Shown piece by piece: positions 21,026 through 29,994 of a stretch of DNA of 64,000 nt. The position numbers were made by a program, and so were the translations under genes. The stretch's first letter is position 1; every line of letters starts with the position of its first letter. The stretch lies in NCBI GenBank assembly GCA_963578725.1, contig CAUZDS010000010.1, forward strand, positions 15,686 to 79,685, given 5' to 3'. The notes beneath the pieces are model-generated. The model did no database searches. It was not told where the DNA came from and saw only the letters and a program-made list of their open reading frames with translations. Source of the stretch: Vicinamibacteria bacterium (GTDB lineage: Bacteria > Acidobacteriota > Vicinamibacteria > Vicinamibacterales > UBA8438).

Positions 21026-21350
21026 GCCGGTCGGCGGAGCGGCGCGATCAACCGTCTTCGTCAAGGTTGCTTCGGAAGACGCCGTGAGCGGTCAGCCTGC
21101 CTGAACGTCCTGTTTTGGCCAGGGTTACAGCGGAAAGTCCGAAGCGGCGGGATTGCTGCCGCGCCCTGTAGCGGTAGCGGGGGGGTGACGGTGAAGGCGA
21201 CTCCGCGTCCCGACGCTTGATCGCGATCTGGAACCCGGAGTTGGTGATGCGCCGACACCGGCGCAGAGGGTACACTGTGGCGCCAACAGGGGGTGTCGAC
21301 CCGTGTCCTCGGGTCTGCCCAGGCAGGTCACCGAGAGGGTTGATCCCACC

Positions 21351-21785
21351 ATGAGCGATCGCAAGTACCGGCAGCGCGGCTACCAGGATGATCCGGGTCC
21401 CCGCGAGTCGCGGCTGCCGCAGCAAGGTCGACGCGACGGCGCGCCGCGCAGCGTGATCAACCGGGAGCCCGGCACACCGAACATACCCGGCTTCCACGAC
21501 GTCATGCGTTGCGCACAGTGTGGGCGGAGGCTGAAGGGGGCGATCGTGGCCGACACCACCTGTTCCGGTTGTGGGGCAGCGCTCCATACGTGCGCCCAGT
21601 GCGCGTCATTCGACACGGGCAGCCGGTTCGAATGCGTCCAGCCGATTACCGCCAGGATCTCACCGAAGGACGAGCGCAATGCGTGCAGCGTCTTCACGCC
21701 GCAGATCACCGTCGAGCGTCAGACCCATTCAGAGGTGACCGGTCCGCGCAGCGCCAAGCAAACGTTCGACGATCTCTTCAAGTGA
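21351..21785 (+). CDS. Conserved hypothetical zinc-ribbon protein
   Basis: Started at ATG 21351 (MSDRKYRQRGYQDD). Two CxxC pairs (CAQCG...CSGCG) plus CAQC. Basic N-terminus. Confidence 0.65.
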   Translation: MSDRKYRQRGYQDDPGPRESRLPQQGRRDGAPRSVINREPGTPNIPGFHDVMRCAQCGRRLKGAIVADTTCSGCGAALHTCAQCASFDTGSRFECVQPITARISPKDERNACSVFTPQITVERQTHSEVTGPRSAKQTFDDLFK

Positions 21786-22000
21786 GCGAGGTCAGGCAGA
21801 TAGGAAAAGCCCCGCCGGGTTCGGGCGGCCTCCTGCCGCCTGTCTGTGGGGGGCCTTCCGTGCCGAGCGCTGAGGTACCGCACGCTCGTCGGTGAGAAGT
21901 CCAGAGCCGGCCCGGCCGGTGGCGTGCCACGAGGCCAGACCGTCTGGTGTTGTCCGAAGCCCTGCAGCCTCTACGCGCCGATCGTCTCTGCGCGCGCCCG

Positions 22001-23665
22001 CTACTCTTCCTCTGCCCTGACGCCAGGCTGATGTTGAGGGTCCGCCGGTCGAATCTGCCGCCGGAAGTAGTTATGCAGCAGACAGATCAGAGGCAAAAAC
22101 ATGAAGCAGACTACCAGGGCAATCACACTATTGATCGCAAGCGTGCCGGGGGTGACCCCGAACAGTGTCCCCACGGAAAATGGGCTCGTGATCGTAAACA
22201 GAGTCGTCCGCGGATTCAGATTTTGAGCCGACACCACCTCGTATACGGCATTTGCCTGCTCGACGTTCTCGACAACGCCATCGAGAATCTCCAGAAACCG
22301 GTTGTCCGCCTCGCGCACCAATTCCGGGTTTAGATCCCCCTGCCGACCGCTGCGCAATATGGGTTCCAAGATGTCGTTCATCCGGTTGTAGTACGCGCGC
22401 TCTCGCTGCAGCCCGCTCTTCTCATCTTTCGACTCGATCACCCGGTTGGTCAACTCCTGGCGGTACTGAATGTCTTCGGTGGCCCCGGCCATGCTGATAA
22501 GCCGGTCCAGGAACGAATCGCCGAACTGCGTGATGAGGGCCGGCATTCCAGCCGACTGCGAGCCGTCGGCCGAGATTCTGCCTTCATCGTCCACCCTGTT
22601 CACGACGGTGCCGTTGGTGACGTAAGCACCCAACGCCTGCTCGCGGGACTGGACCTTCTGTTCGGCCTCTAGGAAGTCGGCCTCGGTGTCGAACAGGCGA
22701 TTTTCTATATACGATTGGAGCAGATTTGCATCACTCGACAGGCTGTTGTTCCAGAGGTACGCCGTGAGCGGATTGAGAAAGTACTGCGAGAGGTCTTCAA
22801 GATTGGCGCGAATCTCTGGCAGCGAGATTCGATTCACTCCGACTCGCACGACGCTGATGCCGGGCAAGGTCTGGAGATCGATAAGATTGGTGAGGAATCG
22901 GTTGATCTTCCCCCGCAGGATGTCCGCCCGCACGATCTGGTCACCCACGACGAGTTCCTGGGACAGCAGGCTGGTGGTGTACAGGCTTGTCTGGTAGTTG
23001 AGCACCCCTCTTTGCGTGGTCGCCTGGTCCGCCCACTTAGACAGGATGTCGTCGAGTACCTTGCCCATTAACTCGTCCGGGATCGTCGTCAGGCCGGTCG
23101 GGCGGAGAAAGGTGATGACGTATTGTGGCACCTCCAACGCCTGCCGCCTCGAGCGGAACTCCTCTTCGAGATTCGCCCGGTCGACAGCCGTGAGTCGAGA
23201 ATCTCCAAGCTTGGTCTGAAACTCGAATCCCAAGAGATCCAGCTCTCTGTTTGATTCCAGGACGAAGAGCCCGTTCTTGAACTGGTCGTACGTGCAATAG
23301 CGCTCCAGCTCGTTGACTTCGTAGACCTCCGTTAAGACCGGCGTTGCTATGATCTCTGAGCGGGAAAACGGAATGCCGTTCGGGTAAAGACCGTTGTCGG
23401 CACCTTCGAAAATGAGGCGGAACTCCATACTTGCCTGTCGATCCGCCGGCTGGAACACGTAGATGCAGATCGAACCGACAAGAAAGATCGCGGCCAGGAT
23501 GATCGTCCATGTCGCGAGGACCTGCCGATACTGCCACAGCGTCCTGACCAGTGGACGCAAAGAGATTTCGTCTTCGTAGATCCCGATATTCAGAGGCGGC
23601 GGGTGGCCAGCATTGTCCCCCGTGCCGCGTGTATCTTCAGTCGTCATGCCACCTCCGATCATCAA
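22001..23665 (-). CDS. Polysaccharide co-polymerase / chain-length determinant (Wzz/GumC-like)
   Basis: 554 aa. One TM near the N-terminus (WTIILAAIFLVGSICIYVF), a long predicted periplasmic helical region and a second TM at the C-terminus (INSVIALVVCFMFLPLICLL). This is the PCP topology. Confidence 0.7.
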   Translation of the reverse strand: MMIGGGMTTEDTRGTGDNAGHPPPLNIGIYEDEISLRPLVRTLWQYRQVLATWTIILAAIFLVGSICIYVFQPADRQASMEFRLIFEGADNGLYPNGIPFSRSEIIATPVLTEVYEVNELERYCTYDQFKNGLFVLESNRELDLLGFEFQTKLGDSRLTAVDRANLEEEFRSRRQALEVPQYVITFLRPTGLTTIPDELMGKVLDDILSKWADQATTQRGVLNYQTSLYTTSLLSQELVVGDQIVRADILRGKINRFLTNLIDLQTLPGISVVRVGVNRISLPEIRANLEDLSQYFLNPLTAYLWNNSLSSDANLLQSYIENRLFDTEADFLEAEQKVQSREQALGAYVTNGTVVNRVDDEGRISADGSQSAGMPALITQFGDSFLDRLISMAGATEDIQYRQELTNRVIESKDEKSGLQRERAYYNRMNDILEPILRSGRQGDLNPELVREADNRFLEILDGVVENVEQANAVYEVVSAQNLNPRTTLFTITSPFSVGTLFGVTPGTLAINSVIALVVCFMFLPLICLLHNYFRRQIRPADPQHQPGVRAEEE

Positions 23666-23698
23666 ACAACCGGCTACATCGTACCATCGAACCCGCGG

Positions 23699-24349
23699 TT
23701 AGCGGGGAAGGGGTGGGGTGACGCCGCCCTGACGGCCACGTGCTCTATCGGTGCCGGACGGTTGCCGGCCAAGACAACGCTCGATGACCGTGGCGGCTTC
23801 GTCGAGATCTGCCACTACGGCATCTGCATTCACGACTGGCGCCGCTGCGACAGACCGGCCATCGTTGTTCGTCACGAGTATGCTGAACGCGCCGAGGTGC
23901 CGGCCGAGTGCGATGTCAGAGGCCCGGTCGCCGATGACGAATGCCTCGCCGGTATCGAATCCGAGCAGCGCTGCCGCCTCCAGGGCCAAGGCGGGCTCGG
24001 GCTTGCGGCATCGGCACCGCTCGCCAGGATGATGGGGACAGATGAAGATGCCGTCGAGGACGACTCCACCTTCGGCGAGGAGCGCCTCCAGACGAGCGTG
24101 TATCGCCCTTAGGCGGACTGCGTCGAAGTATCCGCGCGCTAGGCCGGATTGATTGGTGACGACGACAAGTCCGAGTCCCATGGCCGCCATACGCGCCAGC
24201 CCTGGGAGGGCACCCGGCAACAGTTCCACCTGATCGGGGTTGGAAAGGTAGTGGCAGTCGACGTTGATCGTCCCGTCACGGTCGAGGATTACGCAGCGGC
24301 GCCGGCTAGCCGACATGGTCGTCGAGCTCACGATACATCCTTGGGTCAC
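23699..24349 (-). CDS. gmhB: D-glycero-D-manno-heptose 1,7-bisphosphate 7-phosphatase (HAD-IIIA)
   Basis: VILDRDGTIN (DxDxT), VVTNQSGLARGYF and the zinc-binding CPHHPGERCRCRKP are GmhB hallmarks. GTG 24349 overlaps the upstream stop (GTGA). Confidence 0.85.
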   Translation of the reverse strand: MTQGCIVSSTTMSASRRRCVILDRDGTINVDCHYLSNPDQVELLPGALPGLARMAAMGLGLVVVTNQSGLARGYFDAVRLRAIHARLEALLAEGGVVLDGIFICPHHPGERCRCRKPEPALALEAAALLGFDTGEAFVIGDRASDIALGRHLGAFSILVTNNDGRSVAAAPVVNADAVVADLDEAATVIERCLGRQPSGTDRARGRQGGVTPPLPR

Positions 24350-24690
24350 CGCGGCCGCTGGCTGTGCGCGTCATTCTCGGTCCGTCGTTCGAGCACGGGC
24401 TGGAGTTGGCCTGCCGCTCGCCACAACGACGAGAATGCCGCAGCGCCCCAGAGGGTTCGCTCCCACCAGGGCGCGTGGCGGCTGACGGCCAGCCCTGTGC
24501 AGAACAGAGTCATCCCGAGGGCGAATGGGATCACCCAACCACGCGTCTTGAACTGGTCCGGAAGGCGGCGGTGGGTCTCGGAAGCCAGCCAGCCGTGGTA
24601 ACTGTGGACGGCAACCAGGATCGCTAGGCCCGCTATCCAGAGGGCGCTGCTGCCGATAAGCCACCAATCCGACGAAGGGTATGTGCTCAC
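24346..24690 (-). CDS. Small integral membrane protein
   Basis: 114 aa with three hydrophobic segments. Its stop overlaps the gmhB start. Confidence 0.5.
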   Translation of the reverse strand: MSTYPSSDWWLIGSSALWIAGLAILVAVHSYHGWLASETHRRLPDQFKTRGWVIPFALGMTLFCTGLAVSRHAPWWERTLWGAAAFSSLWRAAGQLQPVLERRTENDAHSQRPR

Positions 24691-24721
24691 CGGGTGTCAT
24701 TATGCCAGGACGAAATCATCC

Positions 24722-26068
24722 TCAAGCCGTCTGCCGTCGGACGACATCGTGGTGCGCCCCGGCGATCAAGCCGAGGCCGAACCAGAAATAGAGACCCACC
24801 TTCGCACCGAGCGCGATACTGTCGGTCAGGCCGAAGAGGTGAACAGCCAGAAGGCTCGCCCACAAGCCTAGCGCCAAGCGCGCCTCGATCGCCGTTCCCC
24901 TCGTGTAGATCTCCCAGCACATGGCCGACGCCACGATGAGAATCGCGAGATACGCCACGAGGCCGGGGATGCCGACGTCAACCGCCGTCTGCAGGAAGAT
25001 GTTGTGGGCGTGCGTGTTATCAGAAGGATTGTCTGAGAAGACGAGGGGCGAGACGCTGACCAACCGCCGGAAGGTGTTGAGCCCGACACCGGCGAACGGA
25101 TGTGCGTGAATCGCCTCGAGGGCGCCTGACCAGAGTTCGGACCGCCCTTGGAGCGCCATGCCCGCAACCGGCAGTCGAGCTCCCAGCGTAGCCACCGCGA
25201 TGATGGTGCCGACGCCAACCAGGAGAAGCACCCGCCGAGACCGTCGCCTGCGCTCAGAGAACAGGCGGACTAGCATCAGCACGCTGGCTGTCACACCGGC
25301 GGCCAACCACGCGCTGCGCGACTGGCTGAGCACCAGGACCCCAACGAAGTAGAGACTGGCAAGCAAGGCAACAGTTCGCAGGAGCCGGTCTGAAAATGGG
25401 GGACCCAGCGGATTCGAACCTTCGCGGTCGCCAGTGAACCAAGTGCCGGATCGCGCTTCGCGCAGCGTCGCCCCCACGAACACCGCCAACAGCGGTAGGA
25501 AGAAGAGGGTCGTGCCACCGAGGGCGTTTGGATTTACGCCTTCATCGCGCCACGTGCCAGGCAGGCCGCTGACGAGCTGTGGGATGTGCGACGTGATGCG
25601 GGCGAGTTGACTCACGTCGTCTCCGATTCGCCACGAGACACCCACCACACCGACCGTCACGGTCGCGAGGCCGAGCAACAGGTACATCGCCACCCCCCGC
25701 CACAAGGCGGGCGCGCCCGTTACGGACAACAGTGTGGCCCGAAATACGAGCATGCCGAGCACGACACTCCCCCACTTGGGGAGCGACACCGCCGGTAGCG
25801 GTGAGATCCAGACGGCGACATGCACCATGACGAAGAGCAAGGCTAGCGGGTACCGCAGAGGCGTCCGGCGCGCAGGCGTGCGCCACTCAGCCACCTGGAT
25901 CAGCCACAGCAAAAGCAACGCACTCAGCGCGCCCGTCGTCACAACCGGGAAGCTAGAGGGAAAGAGCAGGACGGGCCCGACTAGCGCGACGCGGAGCCAC
26001 TCGTACGCGGGATTCGTCACGGCGCGAAGGAATCGTTTCATCCCAGGCTCAAGACCATGGCGCCACAC
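24722..26068 (-). CDS. O-antigen ligase/polymerase family membrane protein (WaaL/Wzy-like)
   Basis: 448 aa with more than 10 TM segments and a loop with AHPFAGVGLNTF...HAHNIFLQ typical of the O-antigen ligase (Wzy_C) family. Start may be ATG 26041. Confidence 0.75.
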   Translation of the reverse strand: MWRHGLEPGMKRFLRAVTNPAYEWLRVALVGPVLLFPSSFPVVTTGALSALLLLWLIQVAEWRTPARRTPLRYPLALLFVMVHVAVWISPLPAVSLPKWGSVVLGMLVFRATLLSVTGAPALWRGVAMYLLLGLATVTVGVVGVSWRIGDDVSQLARITSHIPQLVSGLPGTWRDEGVNPNALGGTTLFFLPLLAVFVGATLREARSGTWFTGDREGSNPLGPPFSDRLLRTVALLASLYFVGVLVLSQSRSAWLAAGVTASVLMLVRLFSERRRRSRRVLLLVGVGTIIAVATLGARLPVAGMALQGRSELWSGALEAIHAHPFAGVGLNTFRRLVSVSPLVFSDNPSDNTHAHNIFLQTAVDVGIPGLVAYLAILIVASAMCWEIYTRGTAIEARLALGLWASLLAVHLFGLTDSIALGAKVGLYFWFGLGLIAGAHHDVVRRQTA

Positions 26069-26277
26069 ACCACCCAGGTGTCACAGGTCGGAGTCCATGA
26101 AGCGGACTTGGACGAGATGCTTTCCCCGCGTGGCGCCGCTGGGGCACGTCCGGCGCTCGACGCAGTACTGTTCCGCTCGCGTCGGGTCAGGTCTCGACGC
26201 TCCGCGAATGCTGTGGTGGTACACTCGGCGCTCAGCCTTTATCGCTAAGGCGACATCATGGTGCTGGAGGACACATC

Positions 26278-27432
26278 TTGGCCTATCGCGTGCCGTTCGT
26301 CGACCCGAAGGAGCACTATCGACGCCTGAAAACCGAGATCGACGAATGCATCTCATCGACGCTCGCGAACGGCGACCTCGTCCTGCGGCAGCAGCTGCGT
26401 GACTTCGAGCGTGACTTGGCGCAGTTCGTTGGCGTCAAGTACGCAGTCGGCGTCGGCAGCGGATACCACGCGCTGCATCTCTCACTGCTCGCGGCGGGCG
26501 TCGGGCCTGGCGATGAGGTGATTTCGGTTGCGCACACCTTTGTCGCCACGGTGTCGGCCATCGTTCACACCGGCGCCACACCCGTGCTCGTAGACGTGCG
26601 GCCAGACTACAACATGGATCCGGCGGCGTTCGAGGCAGCCATCACCGAGCGCACGAAAGCGGTTATTCCGGTGCATCTCAACGGCCGCGTTTGCGACATG
26701 GATCGCATCGCCGCCATTGCTTCTCGGCACCGGCTTTCGATCGTGGAAGATGCCGCACAGGCGCTCGGTGCGACATTCGAAGGCCGTGGAGCCGGATCCT
26801 TCGGTCTAACCGGCTGTTTCAGTTTCTACCCGTTCAAGACGCTCGGCGGCCTGGGGGACGGCGGTGCTGTCACCACGAACGATGCCAACGTCGCGCGTAT
26901 GGTCACTCTGCTTCGCTACAACGGCGAGGACCGCGAGAGTGGCGTGTACCATCATCACGGCTACACCGCGCTGCTCGATAACGTGCAGGCGGCCGTGCTC
27001 GACGTCAAGCTCCGCCACCTTCCCGACTGGATCCGCCACCGTCGCGAGACGGCCGCGCGCTACACAACCGGCCTCGATGGGATCGTCGATCTCCGGCTGC
27101 CCGTTTTCGATGACCCGCGCCACCTCGACGCCTACCAGAACTACGTCATCCGGACGCCGGCACGCGACGCCCTACGCCAGCATCTGCGGAGCGCCGGTGT
27201 CGAGACGCTCGTTCACTGGGCGAGACCGCTGTGGGGCCATCCAGGTCTGGATCTCGCGGAGCCGGCCGCTCCCGAAAGCCTCGACATCTGCCGCGAGGTT
27301 ATATCGCTGCCGATGAGCGCCGAAACGACATCGGAGCACGTCGACATCACCACGGCGGCGATCCAGGGCTTCTTCGAGCAGCACCAGCGGCAGACAGTCA
27401 TGTCAAGCGACCAATCGCGTACAGCACCTTGA
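26278..27432 (+). CDS. DegT/DnrJ/EryC1/StrS-family sugar aminotransferase
   Basis: 384 aa, TTG start. FERDLAQFVG..YAVGVGSGYHALHL and the PLP-lysine context SFYPFKTLGGLGDGG. Confidence 0.9.
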   Translation: MAYRVPFVDPKEHYRRLKTEIDECISSTLANGDLVLRQQLRDFERDLAQFVGVKYAVGVGSGYHALHLSLLAAGVGPGDEVISVAHTFVATVSAIVHTGATPVLVDVRPDYNMDPAAFEAAITERTKAVIPVHLNGRVCDMDRIAAIASRHRLSIVEDAAQALGATFEGRGAGSFGLTGCFSFYPFKTLGGLGDGGAVTTNDANVARMVTLLRYNGEDRESGVYHHHGYTALLDNVQAAVLDVKLRHLPDWIRHRRETAARYTTGLDGIVDLRLPVFDDPRHLDAYQNYVIRTPARDALRQHLRSAGVETLVHWARPLWGHPGLDLAEPAAPESLDICREVISLPMSAETTSEHVDITTAAIQGFFEQHQRQTVMSSDQSRTAP

Positions 27433-28213
27433 AGTCGGTGACCACCGTTCGACCGTCGAGCGGTACCAACGGCGCCGGCGGTCCGAGGTCCGAGCCCACC
27501 GCCGTCGGGAGCGGCTCGAGCGGTCCATAGAAGGCGCGCTTGAGCCACTCCTTGCCCCGCATTGTCTTTGGAACGAGGTGCAGCCTGGCCGCGACGCGGC
27601 GGAGGAGGGCCACGACCGTCGACTGCGAGGAGTGGGGCCGAACCGGAAAAGCACCAAGCAGCCGGACCTCGAACCGGGCCCCCTCGAGGAGCCGCACGAT
27701 ATCCTGCGCGGCGAAGTAGCGGGTGCTGAAGGGACTGGGCATGAAACCGTCCCACTCGCAGTTGACCGAGCAGATGAAGAGGACCCCGTCGTTCCGGAGC
27801 ACGCGGCGCGCTTCGGCGGCGAACGCCGCCGCGTTCGGCACATAGTACAGCGCCTCGCATAACACGACGACATCGAAACTGCGATCTCTGAATGGCAACA
27901 CCTGCGCGTCCAGCCGAACGCGACAGGGACCGGTACCGTCGACGTCGCCCGCCTGGCGCAGCAGACTCTCCGTGTAGTCGCCACCAACGGCCCGTCGCGT
28001 CTTCGTGACGAGGTACCGCAGGCCGATCCCAGCGCCGCAGGCCACCTCCAACACGTCTTTGCCGGCCGACAGTTCCGCGGCCAGCTCATAGCGCGTGCGG
28101 AGCATCGACCGCTGTTCAGTCGTGGCACGCGCCGCCGATCGCTCGGTGACGGTCGAAAAGTCTTCGGTGAGCGGCCTTGCGGGCGCCACAGGTTGGTGGT
28201 CGAGATCGGGCAT
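27398..28213 (-). CDS. Class I SAM-dependent methyltransferase
   Basis: 271 aa. Motif I VLEVACGAGIG, followed by FDVVVLCEALYYV. Confidence 0.85.
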   Translation of the reverse strand: MPDLDHQPVAPARPLTEDFSTVTERSAARATTEQRSMLRTRYELAAELSAGKDVLEVACGAGIGLRYLVTKTRRAVGGDYTESLLRQAGDVDGTGPCRVRLDAQVLPFRDRSFDVVVLCEALYYVPNAAAFAAEARRVLRNDGVLFICSVNCEWDGFMPSPFSTRYFAAQDIVRLLEGARFEVRLLGAFPVRPHSSQSTVVALLRRVAARLHLVPKTMRGKEWLKRAFYGPLEPLPTAVGSDLGPPAPLVPLDGRTVVTDFKVLYAIGRLT

Positions 28214-28225
28214 GCCGGCGGAGGG

Positions 28226-29161
28226 TCAGATCGCCGGCGCCGTCACGGCGCCGGCGATCGAACCAACGAGCGCATCTACCGAGAGACCATGGCGCTCGCG
28301 AAGATATGCCTGCGTGCCTACCCGTGAGTCGAACGCCGATGGAATTCCGATGCGCATCAGTCGCGCGCGCGGGGCGTCCTGCTCAGCCAATACCTCGGCC
28401 ACGGCGCCACCGAGACCGCCGATGACGCTGTGCTCCTCGATGGTCACGACCATGGCGGTTTGCCGCGCCGCCGTGACGACGGCGTCCGTATCCAGGGGCT
28501 TCAGGGTGTGCATGCTGAAGACGGTGGCCTCGAGCCGGTGCTGGCGCGACAGCTCCTCCGCCGCTGCCATCGTATTGGCGAGCAGGCCACCGGTCGTAAT
28601 GAGCGTCAGATCACCGCCCTCGCGAACACGAATCGCTTGCCCGATTCTGAAGTCGATGGGGCCCGTGTGCACCTGCGGCTCTCCGGCCTTGCCAAGCCGC
28701 ACGTAGCAAGGACCGGAGCGGGCGATGACCGCGGGTACCGCGCGCGCGGCTTCGGTCGGATCGCCGGGCGCGATGACGGTCATACCAGGCAGAGACCGCA
28801 TGATCGCGAGATCTTCGGTGGCGTGGTGGGACACGCCCAGCGCGCCGTAAGCGAACCCGCCCCCGACCGCCGTAATCTTGACGTCTGCTCCGTGATAGCA
28901 GATGTCGTTACGCACCTGCTCGAGACAGCGGAAAGTTGGGAAGTTCGCGATCGAGTACGTGAAGACGATCTGACCGCTGAGTGCCAGGCCCGCCGCGACG
29001 CCGGCCATGTTTTGCTCTGCCACCCCGACGTTCAAGAACTGATTCGGAAAACGAGCGGCGAACTGATCCACGACCGAGTAGCCGAGATCACCGACCACAA
29101 GGGTGACCCGCGAGTCGGCCTCGGCCGCCTGGAACAGCGCGTCCATGAAGCCGGTCCTCAT
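28226..29161 (-). CDS. Transketolase, C-terminal (pyrimidine-binding) subunit
   Basis: 311 aa. FLNVGVAEQNMAGVAAGLALSG and the C-terminal domain of split transketolases. The start overlaps the upstream stop by 4 nt. Confidence 0.9.
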   Translation of the reverse strand: MRTGFMDALFQAAEADSRVTLVVGDLGYSVVDQFAARFPNQFLNVGVAEQNMAGVAAGLALSGQIVFTYSIANFPTFRCLEQVRNDICYHGADVKITAVGGGFAYGALGVSHHATEDLAIMRSLPGMTVIAPGDPTEAARAVPAVIARSGPCYVRLGKAGEPQVHTGPIDFRIGQAIRVREGGDLTLITTGGLLANTMAAAEELSRQHRLEATVFSMHTLKPLDTDAVVTAARQTAMVVTIEEHSVIGGLGGAVAEVLAEQDAPRARLMRIGIPSAFDSRVGTQAYLRERHGLSVDALVGSIAGAVTAPAI

Positions 29162-29994
29162 GCCGATGTCAACTCTTCGAGGGCCAGCGCCAGCTCGTCG
29201 TCTTCCGGTGGCCTATAGTGCCAAGCCAACCGGTTTTCCATGAAACTCACGCCTTTACCCTTCACGGTGTGCGCGATAAGGCACGTGGGACGGTGAGCCT
29301 GGAGCGGCAACGTGTCCATTGCCGCATCGATCTTCGCGAGGTCGTGGCCGTCAATCTCGCGAACCGCCCAGCCGAAGGCGCGCCACTTGTCGGCTAGCGG
29401 ATCGAGATTCAACACGTCTTCGACCCGTCCGAGACTTTGGATCTTGTTGTAGTCGACGATCGCGACGAGGTTGTCGAGGCGATGATGGGGTGCGAACAGT
29501 ACCGCCTCCCACGTTGACCCCTCGTCGCATTCGCCGTCACTGAGCACGGTGAAGACGCGATAGTCGGCGCCCGCGCGGCGGCCGGCCAGGGCCATCCCGC
29601 AGGCGATCGACAGACCGTGGCCCAACGAACCGGTCGACACGTCAATGCCCGGGGTGCCGGCGGTCGCATGACCGGCCAGCAGGGTCCCGTTCTGATAGAA
29701 CGTGTCGAGCCACTCGACCGGAAAGTACCCGCGCTCGGCCAACGCCGCGTAGAGCGCCACGCACGCATGTCCCTTGCTGAGGACCATCCTGTCGCGACCT
29801 TCCCACGCCGGGCGGGTGGGGTCGACCCTGAGGCGGCCGCCGTAGAGCACCGCGAGCAGGTCGGCGATGGACAAGGCACTGCCGATGTGTGAGCTCCGGG
29901 CGCGGTGCACCATCTGCACCGAGCGCATCCGAATCGTCCGCGCAAGATCACGATATCGCTGGTGCTGGGAACGCTCGGCTTCCACGATGGGCAT
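29158..29994 (-). CDS. Transketolase, N-terminal (ThDP-binding) subunit
   Basis: 278 aa. SHIGSALSIADLL, STGSLGHGLS and the ThDP motif LSDGECDEGSTWEA. Confidence 0.9.
   Translation of the reverse strand: MPIVEAERSQHQRYRDLARTIRMRSVQMVHRARSSHIGSALSIADLLAVLYGGRLRVDPTRPAWEGRDRMVLSKGHACVALYAALAERGYFPVEWLDTFYQNGTLLAGHATAGTPGIDVSTGSLGHGLSIACGMALAGRRAGADYRVFTVLSDGECDEGSTWEAVLFAPHHRLDNLVAIVDYNKIQSLGRVEDVLNLDPLADKWRAFGWAVREIDGHDLAKIDAAMDTLPLQAHRPTCLIAHTVKGKGVSFMENRLAWHYRPPEDDELALALEELTSA

Noticed and set aside
21170-21181. aGCGGTAGCGGg, resembling the ops/JUMPstart core GGCGGTAGCGTG used by RfaH upstream of polysaccharide operons
   Set aside because: It has two mismatches. It is on the + strand upstream of the zinc-ribbon gene rather than upstream of the minus-strand glycan operon. 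RfaH/ops is a proteobacterial feature with no support here.
21133-21245. RNase P RNA-like strings in the 325-bp peroxiredoxin/zinc-ribbon intergenic region: GGAAAGTCCGAAGC (cf. GGAAAGUCCGGGC), GGGTGACGGTGAAGG, GGAACCCGGAGTT (cf. AGAACCCGGCUUA)
   Set aside because: The motifs lie only ~95 nt apart, whereas bacterial RNase P RNA needs ~270 nt between CR-I and CR-V. The whole gap is shorter than the RNA, and the matches are imperfect. This is most likely chance in GC-rich sequence.
21808-21832. Hairpin ccccgccgggttcgggcggcc after the zinc-ribbon gene as a bidirectional terminator for the convergent pair
   Set aside because: The stem is imperfect (bulged G) and there is no flanking T/A run. It is plausible, but too weak to annotate as a feature without a terminator-prediction score.
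25405-25425. GGATTCGAACC, the reverse complement of the canonical tRNA T-arm GGTTCGAATCC
   Set aside because: The flanking bases (agcgg / ccttc) cannot form the T-stem. No acceptor or anticodon arms are evident. The site is inside the well-supported O-antigen-ligase CDS.
26085-26108. ggagtccatgaagcggactt in the ligase/DegT divergent region, resembling the GGAGTCCGTGATGAA start of the repeat
   Set aside because: Here the string forms its own local hairpin (agtcc/ggact), and the remainder does not align with copies A and B.
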